Numbered from the stretch's first letter, positions 39,705 through 52,500 are shown. The stretch is 64,000 nucleotides of DNA from Octopus vulgaris (GCA_951406725.2 OX597817.1:113026001-113090000); one strand, 5' to 3'. Numbers and translations are program-made. The notes: generated from the sequence alone by a model not told the origin.

Positions 39705-41905
39705 ATCGTCATCATCATCATCATCATCGTTTAATGCCCATTTTCCATGCTGGCATGGGTTGGACAGTTCAACTGGGATCTGGGAAGCCAGGAGGCTGCA
39801 CCAGGCTCTGGTGCTTTCTACATACCACTGGCACAGGGGCCAGAGGGGGCTGGCATTGACCATGTTTGGATGGTGCTTTTACATGCCACTGGCATGGGAG
39901 CCAATCAAGGTGGCGCTGGTATCGGCCACATTTGGATGGAGCTTTTTACATACCACTGGCACAGGGGCTGGCATTGACCACATTTGGCAGGTGCTTTTTA
40001 TGTGCCACAAGCACGGGGAGCCAGACAGGCAGTGCTGGCATCAGCCACAACTACAATTTCTATTTGATTGTGGTTTGATTTGATTTTGATGTTGATGTAC
40101 TTGATTCAATAGGTCTCCTTAAGCATGACATGTTGCCTTATGATCCAAAGGTACTTTTTTATGGGCTGGTTATGCAACAGTTATGATCTCACTTTATTTG
40201 CTGGGTCTTTTCAGTCACAGCATATCTCCAGAGGTCTCAGTCTTTTGTCATTGCCTCTGTGAGGACCAGCATTCGAAGGTCATGCTTCACCACCTCATCC
40301 CATATCTTCCTGGGTCTCCCTCTACCACTGGTTCCTTCCACTGTTTGGGAGTGGAACTTCTTCGCACAGCTCTCCTCATCCATTCATAGTACATGACCAT
40401 ACAAATGCAGATGTCTCTCTTGCATGCCACATCCGATGCTTATGTTCAATATTTCTCTCAAGGCACTTACACTCTGTCATGTATGCACACTGACATTACA
40501 CATCCAGTGGATCATGCTAGCTTCATTTATTTTGAGCCTATGCATGTCTTCAGCAGTCACAGCCCATGTTTCACTGCTGGGAAGCATGGCAGTTTGCACA
40601 CATGCATCGTGCAAACTACCTTTCACTCTGAGTGAGAGGCCCTTTATCACCAGTATGGGTAGAAGCTTTCTGAACTTTGCCTTGGCTATTCTTATTCTAG
40701 TGGTAACGCTCTCTGAGCATCCACCCCCACTACAGATATGGTCACCTAGGTAGCGAAAGCTATCAACTACTTCTAGTTTCTCCCCCTGGCATGTGATGGA
40801 ATCTGTGGTATTTACTGCCCCTGTGCATCTGCCACACACGAAAGCTATCATCTTGCTTAATTTTCCTTTGATGTTGCTGCACCTCTTATGCATCCATAGC
40901 TTACACTGGGTACATCTTATAGAGTTTCTACCTACACCTTTTCTACAGATCGAGTAGGGGTATCTACCTGAAGGGGTGTGTGATGTGTTCGCCTTCCTAC
41001 TTACTAGGACTTTGGTTTTGTCTAGGTTGACTCTAAGGCCCTTCTATTCTAATTCTTGCTTCCACACCTGAAATTTCTTCTCTAGTTCTGGTAGTGATTC
41101 TGATATGAGGGCCAGGTCATCATTATAGAGGAGCTCCCAGGAGCAAGCTGTCTTGAATTCCTCTGAATGCCTAGAGGACTATGATGAATAAGAGGGGGCT
41201 GAGAGCTGATCCTTGGTGGACCCCTACTTCTACCCGGAATTCTTTATTATACTCATTGCCAACCCTAACCCTAACCTTACTAATGACATCTCTGTATAGG
41301 GCCTGTACAGACCTTATTAACCATTTGTCAATCCCTAGTTTCCACATTGCCTAAAGGCCTTCTCCAAGTCTACCAAGTATAGGGTTTATCTTTAGCTAGG
41401 TATTTCTTCTGCAGTTGATTCTACCTGGCACAAAACCGAACTGCATCTCATCTAAGCAGACTCTCTCCCTAATTAGTTGGGCTATGACTCTCTCCGTGAC
41501 CTTCATCACCTGATCCAGCAGTTTGATACCCCTGTAGTTATTTCTATCTAAAGCATCACCTTTACCTTTGTAGCAGTTGACTATGGTACTACTACGCCAG
41601 TCATTAGGTATGTCTCCATCATGAACAACTTGTTTTACAATATCGGTGACTAGGCCATAGCCCATACCACCAAATATTTTAAGTATCTCAGCAGTGATTC
41701 CTGATGGGCCGGGGATTTTTCTTGGTTTCATACCCTTAATTACTTTATCTACAAGGGTGCTGTCTATTTGGATAGCTGGTCCTTCTACTGGGTCAACATT
41801 TGACAGGCTTGCCTCTTCCCATTCATTCTCCACATTCATCAGTCTTTCGTAATGGCTTCTCCACACCTTTCTTTTTAGAATCATTAAAAGCAAGTACACC
41901 ATCAT
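39705..41905 (-). mobile_element. 5'-truncated RTE-clade LINE with frameshifted RT, Cys-rich segment, tandem-repeat 3'UTR and (GAT)n tail
   Basis: ORF 41396-41926 has PGPSGITAE...YKGKGDALDRNNYRGIKLL...QFGFVPGR. WELLYNDDL lies at ~41139-41113, followed by a Cys-rich SICRK...CTQCKLWMHKRC segment. ORF 40477-40893 has LEVVDSFRYLG...SETW. Confidence 0.95.
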
Positions 41906-41940
41906 CAATGTGGACACATTTCTCATATATATATATATAT

Positions 41941-42135
41941 AAATATTTGAGTAGTAGAATGAATTATCTTGTTATGGATAATTCGGTTAACCGATACCTG
42001 GGTAGCAAATTCACCGATACCTGGGTAGAAAGCGGCATAATATACTCCTTATTCCTTCGCAATTAGGAATATGCAGCCTTCAAAACATATGTCGAAAATA
42101 AAGGAATTTTGTTAATTCGTCATTCAACTCCATTC

Positions 42136-42140
<5 letters not shown>
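41941..42140. mobile_element. Small CpG-retaining insertion between (TA)n runs, unclassified (possible PLE terminus)
   Basis: Bounded by (TA)n, with an internal 16 bp direct repeat accgatacctgggtag x2 and AAAA-CATATG-TC at 42082-42093. Confidence 0.5.
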
Positions 42141-42187
<47 letters not shown>

Positions 42188-43052
42188 GTGTCTGTGTTTG
42201 GCCCCCCACCATCGCTTGACAACCGATAGAATAAATACTGAGCTTACAAAGAACAAGTCCTAGGGTTAATTTGTTCAACTAAAGGTGGTGCTCCTGCATG
42301 GCTGCAGTCAAATGACTGAAACAAGTAAAAAAGTAATCTTTCAAGTTACAGCACATTTTCACATTGCCAACTTTGGCCTTCGACCATTGTTGACTCGTTT
42401 ATTGTGAAGAGGAGAGCAGCTCTAACATTGTTCTTTTTCAAGCCTTCTTAGCCTTGGTAAATTGGAGCAGGTAGAGTTAATGTAGTTAATGTCCAGTTTG
42501 AATACTTACTGTTATTAATTATGCTCCCACTTATTTCAGGTCTTACTCTACCCCATAAGAAAAATGTCTGTTGCCTGATTTGCAGTCAACATCCTCCAAC
42601 TACTTTTTCATTATTGTGTTTTCTCTCTGTCTGTCTTTCTACTTCTCATAACAATAGTTTCTGCTCCATTCAGCATGCTGTTTATATACTAGCTAAACCT
42701 TATGATTACATTCATTTATTCCTTTTCTGTTATTATACACAAGATTCTGTCTTTTTATTCTTTTACTAGTTTCATTCATTAGGCTGCAGTTATGCTGGGG
42801 TAACCACTTTAAAGGGTTTTAATCAGTCATTTCAATGCCAAAATTCAGTTGTTCTTTTTTCGTCTTGTTTTTTTCTGATACTTATTTTAGCAATTTTTAT
42901 TTATTGCACCCATTAAGTTATGGAACACAAATATGCATTATTTTTTTTGTTTTCAAGCTGTGTCGAATCTAAAGAGAAACATAGAAACATATCACACATG
43001 TGTTTAAAAAAGCTGTTGGTTATGATGATAAGGGTTATGATCATAACCAACT

Positions 43053-43365
43053 CTGTTGGTTATGATGATAAGGGTTCCAGTTGATCCAGTCAACAGAACA
43101 GCCTGCTCGTGAAATTAACATGCAAGTGGCTGAGCACTCCACAGTTACGCTTAACCTTAACATTGTTCTCTGGGAGATTCACTGTGACACAGAATGTGAC
43201 AAGGCTGACTCTTTGAAGTACAGGTACTACTCGTTTTTGATAGCTGAGTGAACTGGAGCAATATGAACTAAAGTGTCTTGCTCAAAGACACAATATGCCA
43301 CTGGGAATCGAACTCACAACCTTACAATGATGAGCTAAATACCCTAATCGCTAAGCCACATACCT
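43053..43365 (-). mobile_element. tRNA-derived SINE, distinct family; older partial copy at ~46880-47005
   Basis: Minus strand head has TGGCTTAGCG...GAGTTCGATTCCC followed by TTGAGCAAGACAC. The body block gaaattaacatgcaagtggctgagcactccacag is shared with ~46900-46935. Confidence 0.8.
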
Positions 43366-43384
43366 TCACACACACTCACACATG

Positions 43385-43436
<52 letters not shown>

Positions 43437-46400
43437 ACTGGCTTCCACACCATTTCCATCTTCCAATTCCACCCAAAGGCATTGGTCAACTTGAGGCTGG
43501 AAGACACTTGCTCAAGATATCATACAGTGTGACTGAACCCGAAACCTTGTGGTGTGACCTAAATTTCTCAGTTACATAGCTATACCTGTGTCTATATACT
43601 AGACATTTTTTTCCAATCGTTCCTCTCCAGAGACATAACAACTGAACTTTATGTTTCCATTCAATCAGTAAAGTATAAGAATTTTCAAGCCAACAAAGGA
43701 GCTGCCTACATAGCTAGTCAAATTGCAAGAAATAGCAGCCATATCTCCCCCAAATCATATCCTACTATTTTAAAATAGTATCTAAAATTACATTGGATAA
43801 TGTTGTCCTAGATACAGTCTGTTCCACAAAAATAAAGATATACTATTCATAGCTGGGAAACTTCTTATTATAGATCTGCTCAGTCATAGATGACCCGGGG
43901 CTAAACAACAACAATTCAAATAAGACATTAACTGCATTTGCCCCATTTACTCCTCAGATAAAGAAAGCTTGAAAAAGAAATTAGTGCTGCCCTCCTATTG
44001 TCAACTAACAAATAATAATAATAATAATTAAATCAATAATTATTTGGTTGCACCGTTATTCAATACTTTCACTGAAATGAGACCTGAAGGTCAACAAAAT
44101 TATTTGTTAACACTTGATAGAAATAGGCATTATATAAACTGCTTTATTCTGGAAATTTCCACCAAATCTATTGCCACACGTTTATTGCTTCTCTATTGAT
44201 TTTATCCAATAATTGTTTCTATAGAAACAAAACCACTTTTGACAAACCTACATGGAAATGTTTCCCCACAGTACATAATGTTTATTGAACCAGAGTAGAA
44301 ATGTGAAAAACAAAATATGAGATGCTCTTCATGCTTTTCTCTACAACAATAGAATCTAACACTACATTTCTGTGTGAAAGAGACACATATTGGTAGAAAT
44401 AAATTCAATACTACACCTTTGAATATTTCCATCTCTTCATTCCACACACACACAGAGTTTTAATACATCCGGTTCTACATTAGAATGAATCCATAAGTAA
44501 TAAAACATAATAATTTTAAAAAATAAACACCAGTGAGATCAAATTTCATACAAAATGTGAATTTTTTTTTTATTTTACTGGAAAGAATGTGTAGGCAGAA
44601 ACTTCCTCACCAATTTGACAACTTATCCTAGAATGTCATTATTTATATTTTACTATAATGGAGCTTGCATGTGGCCAGAAAACTGTTGCTGCTGCTACAA
44701 CTACTGCTGCTGCTGTTTGTATATCAAGTATGTGTGGGTGGACAGTGATGCAGAAAATTTCTACTACAACTAATGCTAATCCTCAAATGTATCAATCTGG
44801 CTAAAGTATTTTGTAATTGCTGTTATTTTTCCTGATTTTAATTCCTGGCTGAAGCCATTTCATTTCGCTTACATTAGAAAATGCAATAGCATCACATCTT
44901 CCCATTTGCTTCCTCAGAATGATTAAAGTTTATTTCTTTTATTCATACTGTTCCTGAACAATATATTTACAGGTTTGAATGTCAGTAACTTACTTAACTA
45001 AATAACTCCACTTTGTAGGAAAAATAAGATTATCTATCAGTTTTTTGTAAAGAGGAATATAAAAACAGATCACGATCATATGACAACACTAAGTAAAAAA
45101 TGTTGGATTGCAATATGATTTTATTGATGATTCTTAATTCCCTTTTTAGTGTATAGTAGATGTAACAATAAAAAAAGTTTCAACTTCACTATTTATTAGT
45201 CTGTTCTCCTAAATCCTTTCTTGTATAGTGTCAAGAAATTTTTCCCTTGCAGTACCTGAAATCATTAATAAATTAACATAATATATTAGTTGTTTACCTC
45301 ATTATAATATAACAACACAACAAGGCAGAAATTATTTCTCATTTAAAAATAATGTCTTTTATTCCAGAACGTGTGATGCATTTGAGGAAAATTTGAATTA
45401 AATAGTAAAAAGGCAATAACATAAAGATATTTTGAACAAGGATATTTTATAGAAGAAATGATGAAAGGAGAAAATTACCAAAGTCTGCTCATAAATATTT
45501 GCTCAGTATTTAAGCTTATTTGACTCATGATTTTGTGTTAGACACTTATGCAGTCACACAGTTTCAGTGACTTATATATTTTATACAAGTGAAAGAAAGT
45601 CAAATATCACATTTCTGTATTTTTTTTTTCTTTTTCAATGAGAATTTATAGCCAGAAATAAATATATATCAATTGCTGATTGGCCCTATTGATTTTATGG
45701 GATCGGAAATAAGTGAAGTGAAATTATTCCAACTTGAAATCAAAAGCAGGTGTCCAGCAGTTTAGTTACTTCATTTTCCATAGCAGCTTAGTCGAGCTTA
45801 TGCTAATATTTCTTTCTTTTTCTCACTATCTTATAACGATTGAGAATTTGCTGGTAGATGAATATATCTATGCAGTTGTGAGTGTATACATATTCAGTTT
45901 TGTCAGTAACTAAGAATCTAGTGTAGATAACAATTTCATCAAATTCCCCAACATATTCAGCACAGAATCTGTGTCTCTATTTTTTCTTTTTCTTTTTCTA
46001 GTGTATTTATGCTTCTTTGATAGTGTCAGGTTAGAATTATTGGTTATGTGCTGCAGATATGTCATTCAGCTTCTGACTGCTCAACCACAGCTGTGTGCTT
46101 TTAATGTTTCAGTTTGGTTTATTTATTCTTTGTAGCTACTTATCACGCAGACATTTATTTCTCTTTTCACACCTCAATTTTTGTTGGTTATTTCTCTTTG
46201 CATCACAGTTTTGCCTTTGCTGTGTTTTAATGATTTGTTTGTTTTTCCCCTCTTTTACCTATCTTAGTTTTTAGCACCACCTCTAGTTCTGCTCTTTAAA
46301 TCATACTTCTTTTCTTTCTTTTTTTTTTGTAAATGTAATAGGGCCTCTTTTTTTAATGTATTTGTGCCATTTAATGTGGTCACTGTGTTTTTTTTCCTTT

Positions 46401-46487
46401 GAGATATATATCCATTCCATTTATGATAACTTTTTTAATACCTACTCTCTACTTTCACTATTGCTGCAACTGAAATGTCTTTGTATG

Positions 46488-46532
<45 letters not shown>

Positions 46533-47080
46533 TGATTGTGGTAGTGTATCTAGTGAGGCTATTGTTACTTGTCTAAATTATCTGGGTATTTTTAATTTAT
46601 TTACTTTTCTAAAGAGTGACTTTAGGGTTTCAGTGAATGCACAAAGTTCTGGAATTCATAGAAACATAAGTTAATATTATACCGTTTCTTGTTTTATCAA
46701 CATCTAAAATATATTTACTATATCTTCATTTAAGATGATCATGGATTTTATTTAAAATGTTACTGGAAACATCATTCAACCAACTAACCAACATCTATAT
46801 ATATCAGCTATTATTATTATGTAGAATTATATATGGATGTTTGTTAATTTCATCCATAAGTGTTTCAGTTGCTCACTCAACTGAACTACCTACTCTCATT
46901 GAATTGACAAATAAACGACTGAGTATTCCACAGATTCATGCACACTTAACATAAGCCTCAAGCAAAATCAGCATGACACGGCAGTGTGTGATTAGGCTGA
47001 TCTTTCATCTGACAGGCTTCTACACAGTTTCTATCAACCTAATTTCACCTTTAAAGCTTCACTCAACCTAAAACAATGGT

Positions 47081-47382
47081 GTGGAGGCACATGGCCTAGT
47101 GGTTAGAGCAGCGGATGCACTGTTGAGGTATTGCGGGTTCGAATCTCAGACCGGGCGATGTGTGTGTTTATGAGTGAAACACCTAAGCTCCATGCAGCTC
47201 CAGCAGAAGGTAATGGCGAACTTCTGCTGACTCTTTTGCCACAACTTTCTCTCACTCTTTCCTCCTGCATCTTGCAGCTCACCTGCGACGGATCAGCATC
47301 CCATCCAGGTGGGGAACCTATACACCAAGGAAACCAGGAAACCAGCCCTTATGAGCCAGGCCTGGCTCAAGAAGGAACTTAC
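47081..47382 (+). mobile_element. tRNA-headed SINE with 11 bp TSD, related in its 5' half to 23870-24180, inserted in an older SINE
   Basis: TSD AAAACAATGGT (47070-47080, 47383-47393), A box TGGCCTAGTGG, B box GGTTCGAATC. Confidence 0.9.
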
Positions 47383-49198
47383 AAAACAATGGTAAAATAT
47401 ATTGGGTTCAAATTTTGGCACAGGGCCAGCAATTTTGGGGGTGAAGAGTCAATTACAAAAACAATGGGATCAAACTTTGGATCTGATTCCAAAGTGAAAT
47501 TCTTATCCACTCAACCATGGTTGCATTCATAAAGAACATGTACACATTTGTAAATATCTTGTGCTTGAGTTTGTGGGCATTAGTGCTTATACAGATGCTT
47601 TAATTTTCAATTAATATAGTAAACTATGTGTATATGTGAAAGATACCAATTTTAAACTATAATATGAAATAAGTTCCAAATCTTCATTTTATAATATTTC
47701 TTGGTATTAAATTCTAATTCATCTCAAACCAAAGTACCTACATAAAGTAAACCTGATAAACATTCTTCAACTCTAAATATCAACAAGAAATTTACAACTA
47801 ATATTGCTCCATTTCAGTTTTTATATATCATTTCTTATAAAGTATGGTGTTATCATACTGATGCTTATTGACTCAAAACTAGACCGATTTGTGCATAATA
47901 TTTGTTTCCTAACTGATATTGCTCTTATTCTAATCTCTTACAATTTTATTCTCTTTATAATCTGCAATGCCTACTATTATAAAGCCATATTTGTTTACTA
48001 GTCATGACACCAGCCTTGCAGTTATCAGGAAACAATCTCCATTTAATTGTCAGTAGCCTTATTAAGTGATCGAATTTTATCCTGCAATACAAGGATTAAA
48101 ATTCATGTTCTAATTTTTATTGTTAACAGTAAGACATTTAATTTTATCATACCTACTTGAGTAGGCTGAAATCCCTTTACATTTTGTGCTACATTGCATA
48201 GGCATGGACTTTAATTTGTTCCAGTTATACATTGTTTGATCCTCAGATCTGTTCATCTGATATGGTGACTGTTGTATTTTTGACAGGCATGGAGGGAGAA
48301 GTAGGTATTAAATGTTGAAAATTTCTTTTGTATGTGGGGTTAGATATGTCAGAAACAGCTTTCTTTAATCTGTCTACAAAGAGATGTTGTCCCTTAAACT
48401 AAAAAAAATTAAATAAAAAACATTTTGACCAGTTAAGTTTTTAATTAATGAATTTTTAATTGCTACTGATTTTTTTTTTTTTTTTGCTGCAGTAGTATAC
48501 AATATTTCCAGGGATATTTTCCTTTCAGTTAATAGTTCATAATATTTAAGATGTTTTAGCTGAACCTGAAATGTTTCAAGAAATGGTAGTGGCTCTTAAG
48601 AATCATCAAACATTAACTACAAGAGAGAAAACTAGAATGTTATAGTATTGTGCTTAAATTATTAGAGTAGCGTTATCTATATCACTTGATTGATGTTAAC
48701 AAGGATAGAAATTGATTTTAGAAGGTATGAGATGAAACAATTATGCTCCATCTAATCTAGGAGAGAAAAAAAGAGATGGTGGGGAGAACAGTCAGACTAA
48801 CTGAAAGAGATGTGGAATAAAAGTCCTACTAAATTTAACAGTGCAACATCAATGGTACTTAGGTATGGCTAAAGAAGAACTGAGAGATAATTTATTGGGC
48901 ACAAAACTTTACTTTATCATCTGAAAAGGTCAGTTCTTTGTTAGATGTCATAAAATAAAAATCTTATAATTAGAGCAAAAGAATTCTTCCTTGGTCTGAC
49001 TGGCACAGTGATTCTCATCAATCTGGCTTTTGGGGGTTCATGTAGGATTTTGTTGTTAAAATTTATGTGCAATAAATTGCATATACTTATACACAAGATA
49101 TTTTAATTTTTTTATATAACTCCTAATAATATTTAATTATAAAAATACAGCAGGCTTTATTATATATATATGTGTGTGTGTGTGTATATATATATATA

Positions 49199-49622
49199 CG
49201 AGCAAAAGACCCCCCCCTTGTCCAATGGATGGTGCTGAGTTGTCAAACATTTAAACAAAATTTTCTCAAAACAACTTGTCCAACCGTCCTATAGGCCTCC
49301 CCTTTGAGAAACACTGATTTGAGACACCAGTAAAAGAAGAAATAAAGATAGACTTTTTTTCTATTCCAAAGAAAAACGATTTCCCATGGCTTTATCGATT
49401 GCATTCTCACCTGGAATCGATTTTTGTAATTTTTCAAGACTTATACATGCCCTGATACCGTCGGTATCTACATATCAAATTTGAGTGCGATCAGATGGAG
49501 GATGCCCGAGATCCTAGAAGCCAGCCAGACAGAACGGATTTTATATAAGATATATATATATATATATATATGTTTGACAACTCAGCACCATCCATTGGAC
49601 AAGGAAGGGGGTCTTTTGCTCG
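49199..49622. mobile_element. Element with ~52 bp inverted termini in (TA)n; interior resembles a non-autonomous Helitron/Helentron
   Basis: Arms 49199-49250 and 49570-49622 are near-perfect inverted copies. The interior ends caaatttgag...gatc...cagacagaacggattttatataagat. Confidence 0.7.
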
Positions 49623-49652
49623 TATATATACATATATATATATATATATACT

Positions 49653-49840
49653 GTGCAGGTGGCACGTAAAAAACACCCACTACACTCGCGGAGTGGTTGG
49701 CGTTAGGAAGGGCATCCAGCCGTAGAAACACTGCCAGATCTAACTGGGCCTGACGAAGCCTTCCAGCTTCACAGACCCCAGTTGACCCGTCCAACCCATG
49801 CTAGCATGGAAAGCGGACGCTAAATGATGATGATGATGAT
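49653..49840 (+). mobile_element. Young RTE-tail SINE/LINE 3' fragment; older relatives at ~22190-22423, 50630-50852, 53100-53284, 54645-54838
   Basis: ggttggcgttaggaagggcatccagccgtagaaa...aacccatgctagcatggaaagcggacgctaaa(tga)n. Confidence 0.9.
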
Positions 49841-50197
49841 ATGAATGGCTATGAACATCCAGGAGAGTAAAATAGGGATCAAAGGGGTCCATAGGTAAAA
49901 AAAATGGTTGAGAACCATGGACTACCATATTGATAGACATTCCTTATTGTGAGATAATACAATTCTGCATTAGAAGTCAAGGACAGAGGATGAGGCCAAA
50001 AAATATCTAGTACCAGTGTTACAGATAAATAAAAGCATTTTGTGTATTTACTAATTTGTGTATATACTGCCAGATAAACAGAAGTGATGTTAATAGTTAA
50101 TATTCTTTTTTCTTAAACTTTAGGTAGCTGTTGAATGAGGATTATTGAAAGGACAAGGAAGAAGCAGCCATGAACAGCTTGTGCTAATGGATTAACT

Positions 50198-50249
50198 ATG
50201 CCACTGTCTGTCTCTGAAGAAGGCCATGATGCTCAGGATTCTCTTTCAG
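50198..50249 (+). CDS. Candidate first coding segment (MPLSVSEEGHDAQDSLS...) within putative exon 50124-50249 of an unidentified gene
   Basis: Acceptor ttcttttttcttaaactttag| at 50123, purine-rich non-repetitive body, in-frame stop at 50171 upstream of ACT-ATG, and donor CAG|GTTTGT at 50250 (phase 1). Confidence 0.4.
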
Positions 50250-52304
50250 GTTTGTTCAATATTATTCTGTAAGAACATATTTTGTTATTGACTTGTCATA
50301 TCTATGTAATTAGTTATTTAATAGTCATTACCAGACTGATAGAATTTCATCACCTGTCACTTTTACTAGTATATTTTTCAATTGTCTTTAGGTGCAACAT
50401 ATTTCTACTTTTACAGATAACACATGCTTGGTTTTGTGATTAAGAAGCTTGCTTCCCAACCATGTGGTCTCAGGTTCAGTCCCACCGTGCAGCACCATGG
50501 GCATGTGTTTTCTACTATTATAGCCCAGGACTGACCAAAACATTATCAGTAGATTTGTTGAATGGGAACTGAAAGATGCTAGTGTGTGTGTGTGTTTGCG
50601 TGTGTGCACGTGTGCATGTGTGTGTGTGTGTGTGTCTTGACATCATGCGATGACTATAAATGAGCATTACTGTCATACAAGTGATGTAGTTTCTTTCCCA
50701 GTTTTCTATGGAGAAATATTACTGTACTTGGAAACAGGAGAGGATTGGCAACAGTAAAGGCATTTGACCATAGAAAATCTGCCCCAACAAATTCCATGTG
50801 ACCCATGCAAGCATGGGCATGTGGGTATTAAATGATGATGATGATGATGATGACTGATAACATTCACACTTGTATAAAAATTCATATATCTATATGTGTA
50901 TTTGCACTGTGTGCATGTGCATTGGTTCTTTTGTTTGCATATTCCTTAATTAGGTTCATAACTACATGTTTTTATAAGGGATGGAAGTAAAATTGTGTGA
51001 TACCCATGCCTTTCTCAGGGTTATTACAAGTATAGTCACATATAAAAACAAGTTGATAAGCTTGATCTACCAAAAACTTCTTGTTTCTCATACTTTCAAC
51101 ATTTCTCTATGCAGTTTTTTTCGAAATATAGCTTCTTTTTAGATCCAACCTTTAAAAACTTCATAAGGCTTACAAGGCCCCTTCTTCACATAAGTTCTAG
51201 CATTTGTTGACAAAATAATGTTCCAGATTTATAGTGCAACGAAATTTTGACTTTATACTGTTCTTCCATTTCTCTTGGTAAATTACTGGATAAATGAAAG
51301 GGCTTCAGCCAGAATTTGAAACTGTCACCAAACTTGGCATGCCAGATCTTAGCTTTTTCTTATTGATTGTTAACTTTTTTTTTACTGTTTATTTCTCTCA
51401 TATGTATAGGATCTGTTGTTAAAAGGAAGTAAAATATATTCAATGAACCTTAGCATATTACTGGTACTTATTTTCTCAACTTTAATGGGATGAAAAGTAA
51501 CTAAAAAGGTGAGGGAAAGACAGCAAATACTGAAAAATTATTTACCAAAGCGGAAATGGGTGAGTTTGTAGAGTATTTGATTACCTACTCAGATATCTTG
51601 GTTTCAAATCCACTGCGGCCATCAATGTGTTTTTGGGCAATACACCTAAATTATAAATGCCTCATAGTTGTTGAGAATAAGTAGTTGATTATCTAAGAAT
51701 ATTACCTGACATCAGTATTGTGTCTAGGGTTAGATATTCCTCTTAGGCACTTAACACCAATAACCTGAAGTTAAGAAGAGTTTAAAGCCTCATCAGTTCT
51801 TAGCAGACATACATACACACAAACACATATTTAATTGAAAGACATTTAATCTGCTATTCTACCATTATTGCTATCTCCTCTCTCGTTTTTCCTCTTAATT
51901 GATACCTTTTTCAATGTACACAAAATCACTTTTGGCAAGAGAATAGATACAGACAGTTATACCCACCCTCCCCTGTATATTGTTGGTACTCATTTTATGA
52001 ATCCTGTAGAGTTACATTTAGCAGAGAAGAATTTATATTCTTAACTAAGAAAGTTAGATTACAGACAAATTGACTTCGTTGACAGAAAGTAAATTACTCT
52101 CATTATCATTTGCATATTAAATTTTCTGCTCAGAATGTGGTTAATTTGGCTCTTTATTCCACCTAATGCTAAATGACCAGCTGACTAACTAGCTTTTCTG
52201 TAGTTAATGTTTCAAATCTTTAATTACATATCTATAACTTGCATATATATGCACTGCAGTAAATTGCTAGTATGATCATTAAAATTTATCACTATGACAA
52301 CAAG

Positions 52305-52500
52305 ACATCATCATCATCATAGTAACTATACAAAATTAATCATCATCATTATCGTCCTTGGCAGTATTATCATCATCATTGTGGGTATTCTCATTATCAT
52401 CATCGTCATTATCATCCTGATCATCCTCATTATCATCATAAGTATTGTTGTTATCCTCATTATCAACATAACCATTACCATCACAACCACCACCACCACC
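52305..52500. repeat. Degenerate (CAT/TAT/CAC)n trinucleotide tract
   Basis: Directly visible. It is the source of spurious Ile- and Met-rich ORFs. Confidence 0.9.

Noticed and set aside
39805-40045. Repeat-spacer-like pattern suggesting CRISPR
   Set aside because: Units are degenerate, spacers resemble each other, it lies in a LINE 3'UTR, and there are no cas genes in this eukaryotic context.
41261-41276. aaccctaaccctaacc, telomere-like
   Set aside because: Under three units and inside the RTE RT coding region, so best explained as a 6 bp slippage duplication.
44658-44804. 48 aa ORF MELACGQKTVAAATTT...
   Set aside because: It is kept open largely by a (GCT/ACT)n tract, with no recognisable homology.
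47131-47532. 133 aa ORF
   Set aside because: It runs through a SINE and adjacent repeat fragments, with a non-ATG start.
51775-51800. CTGATGA on the minus strand (also + strand at ~19666, 28899, 31698, 37416)
   Set aside because: No stem II followed by GAAA and no stem I pairing, so not hammerheads.
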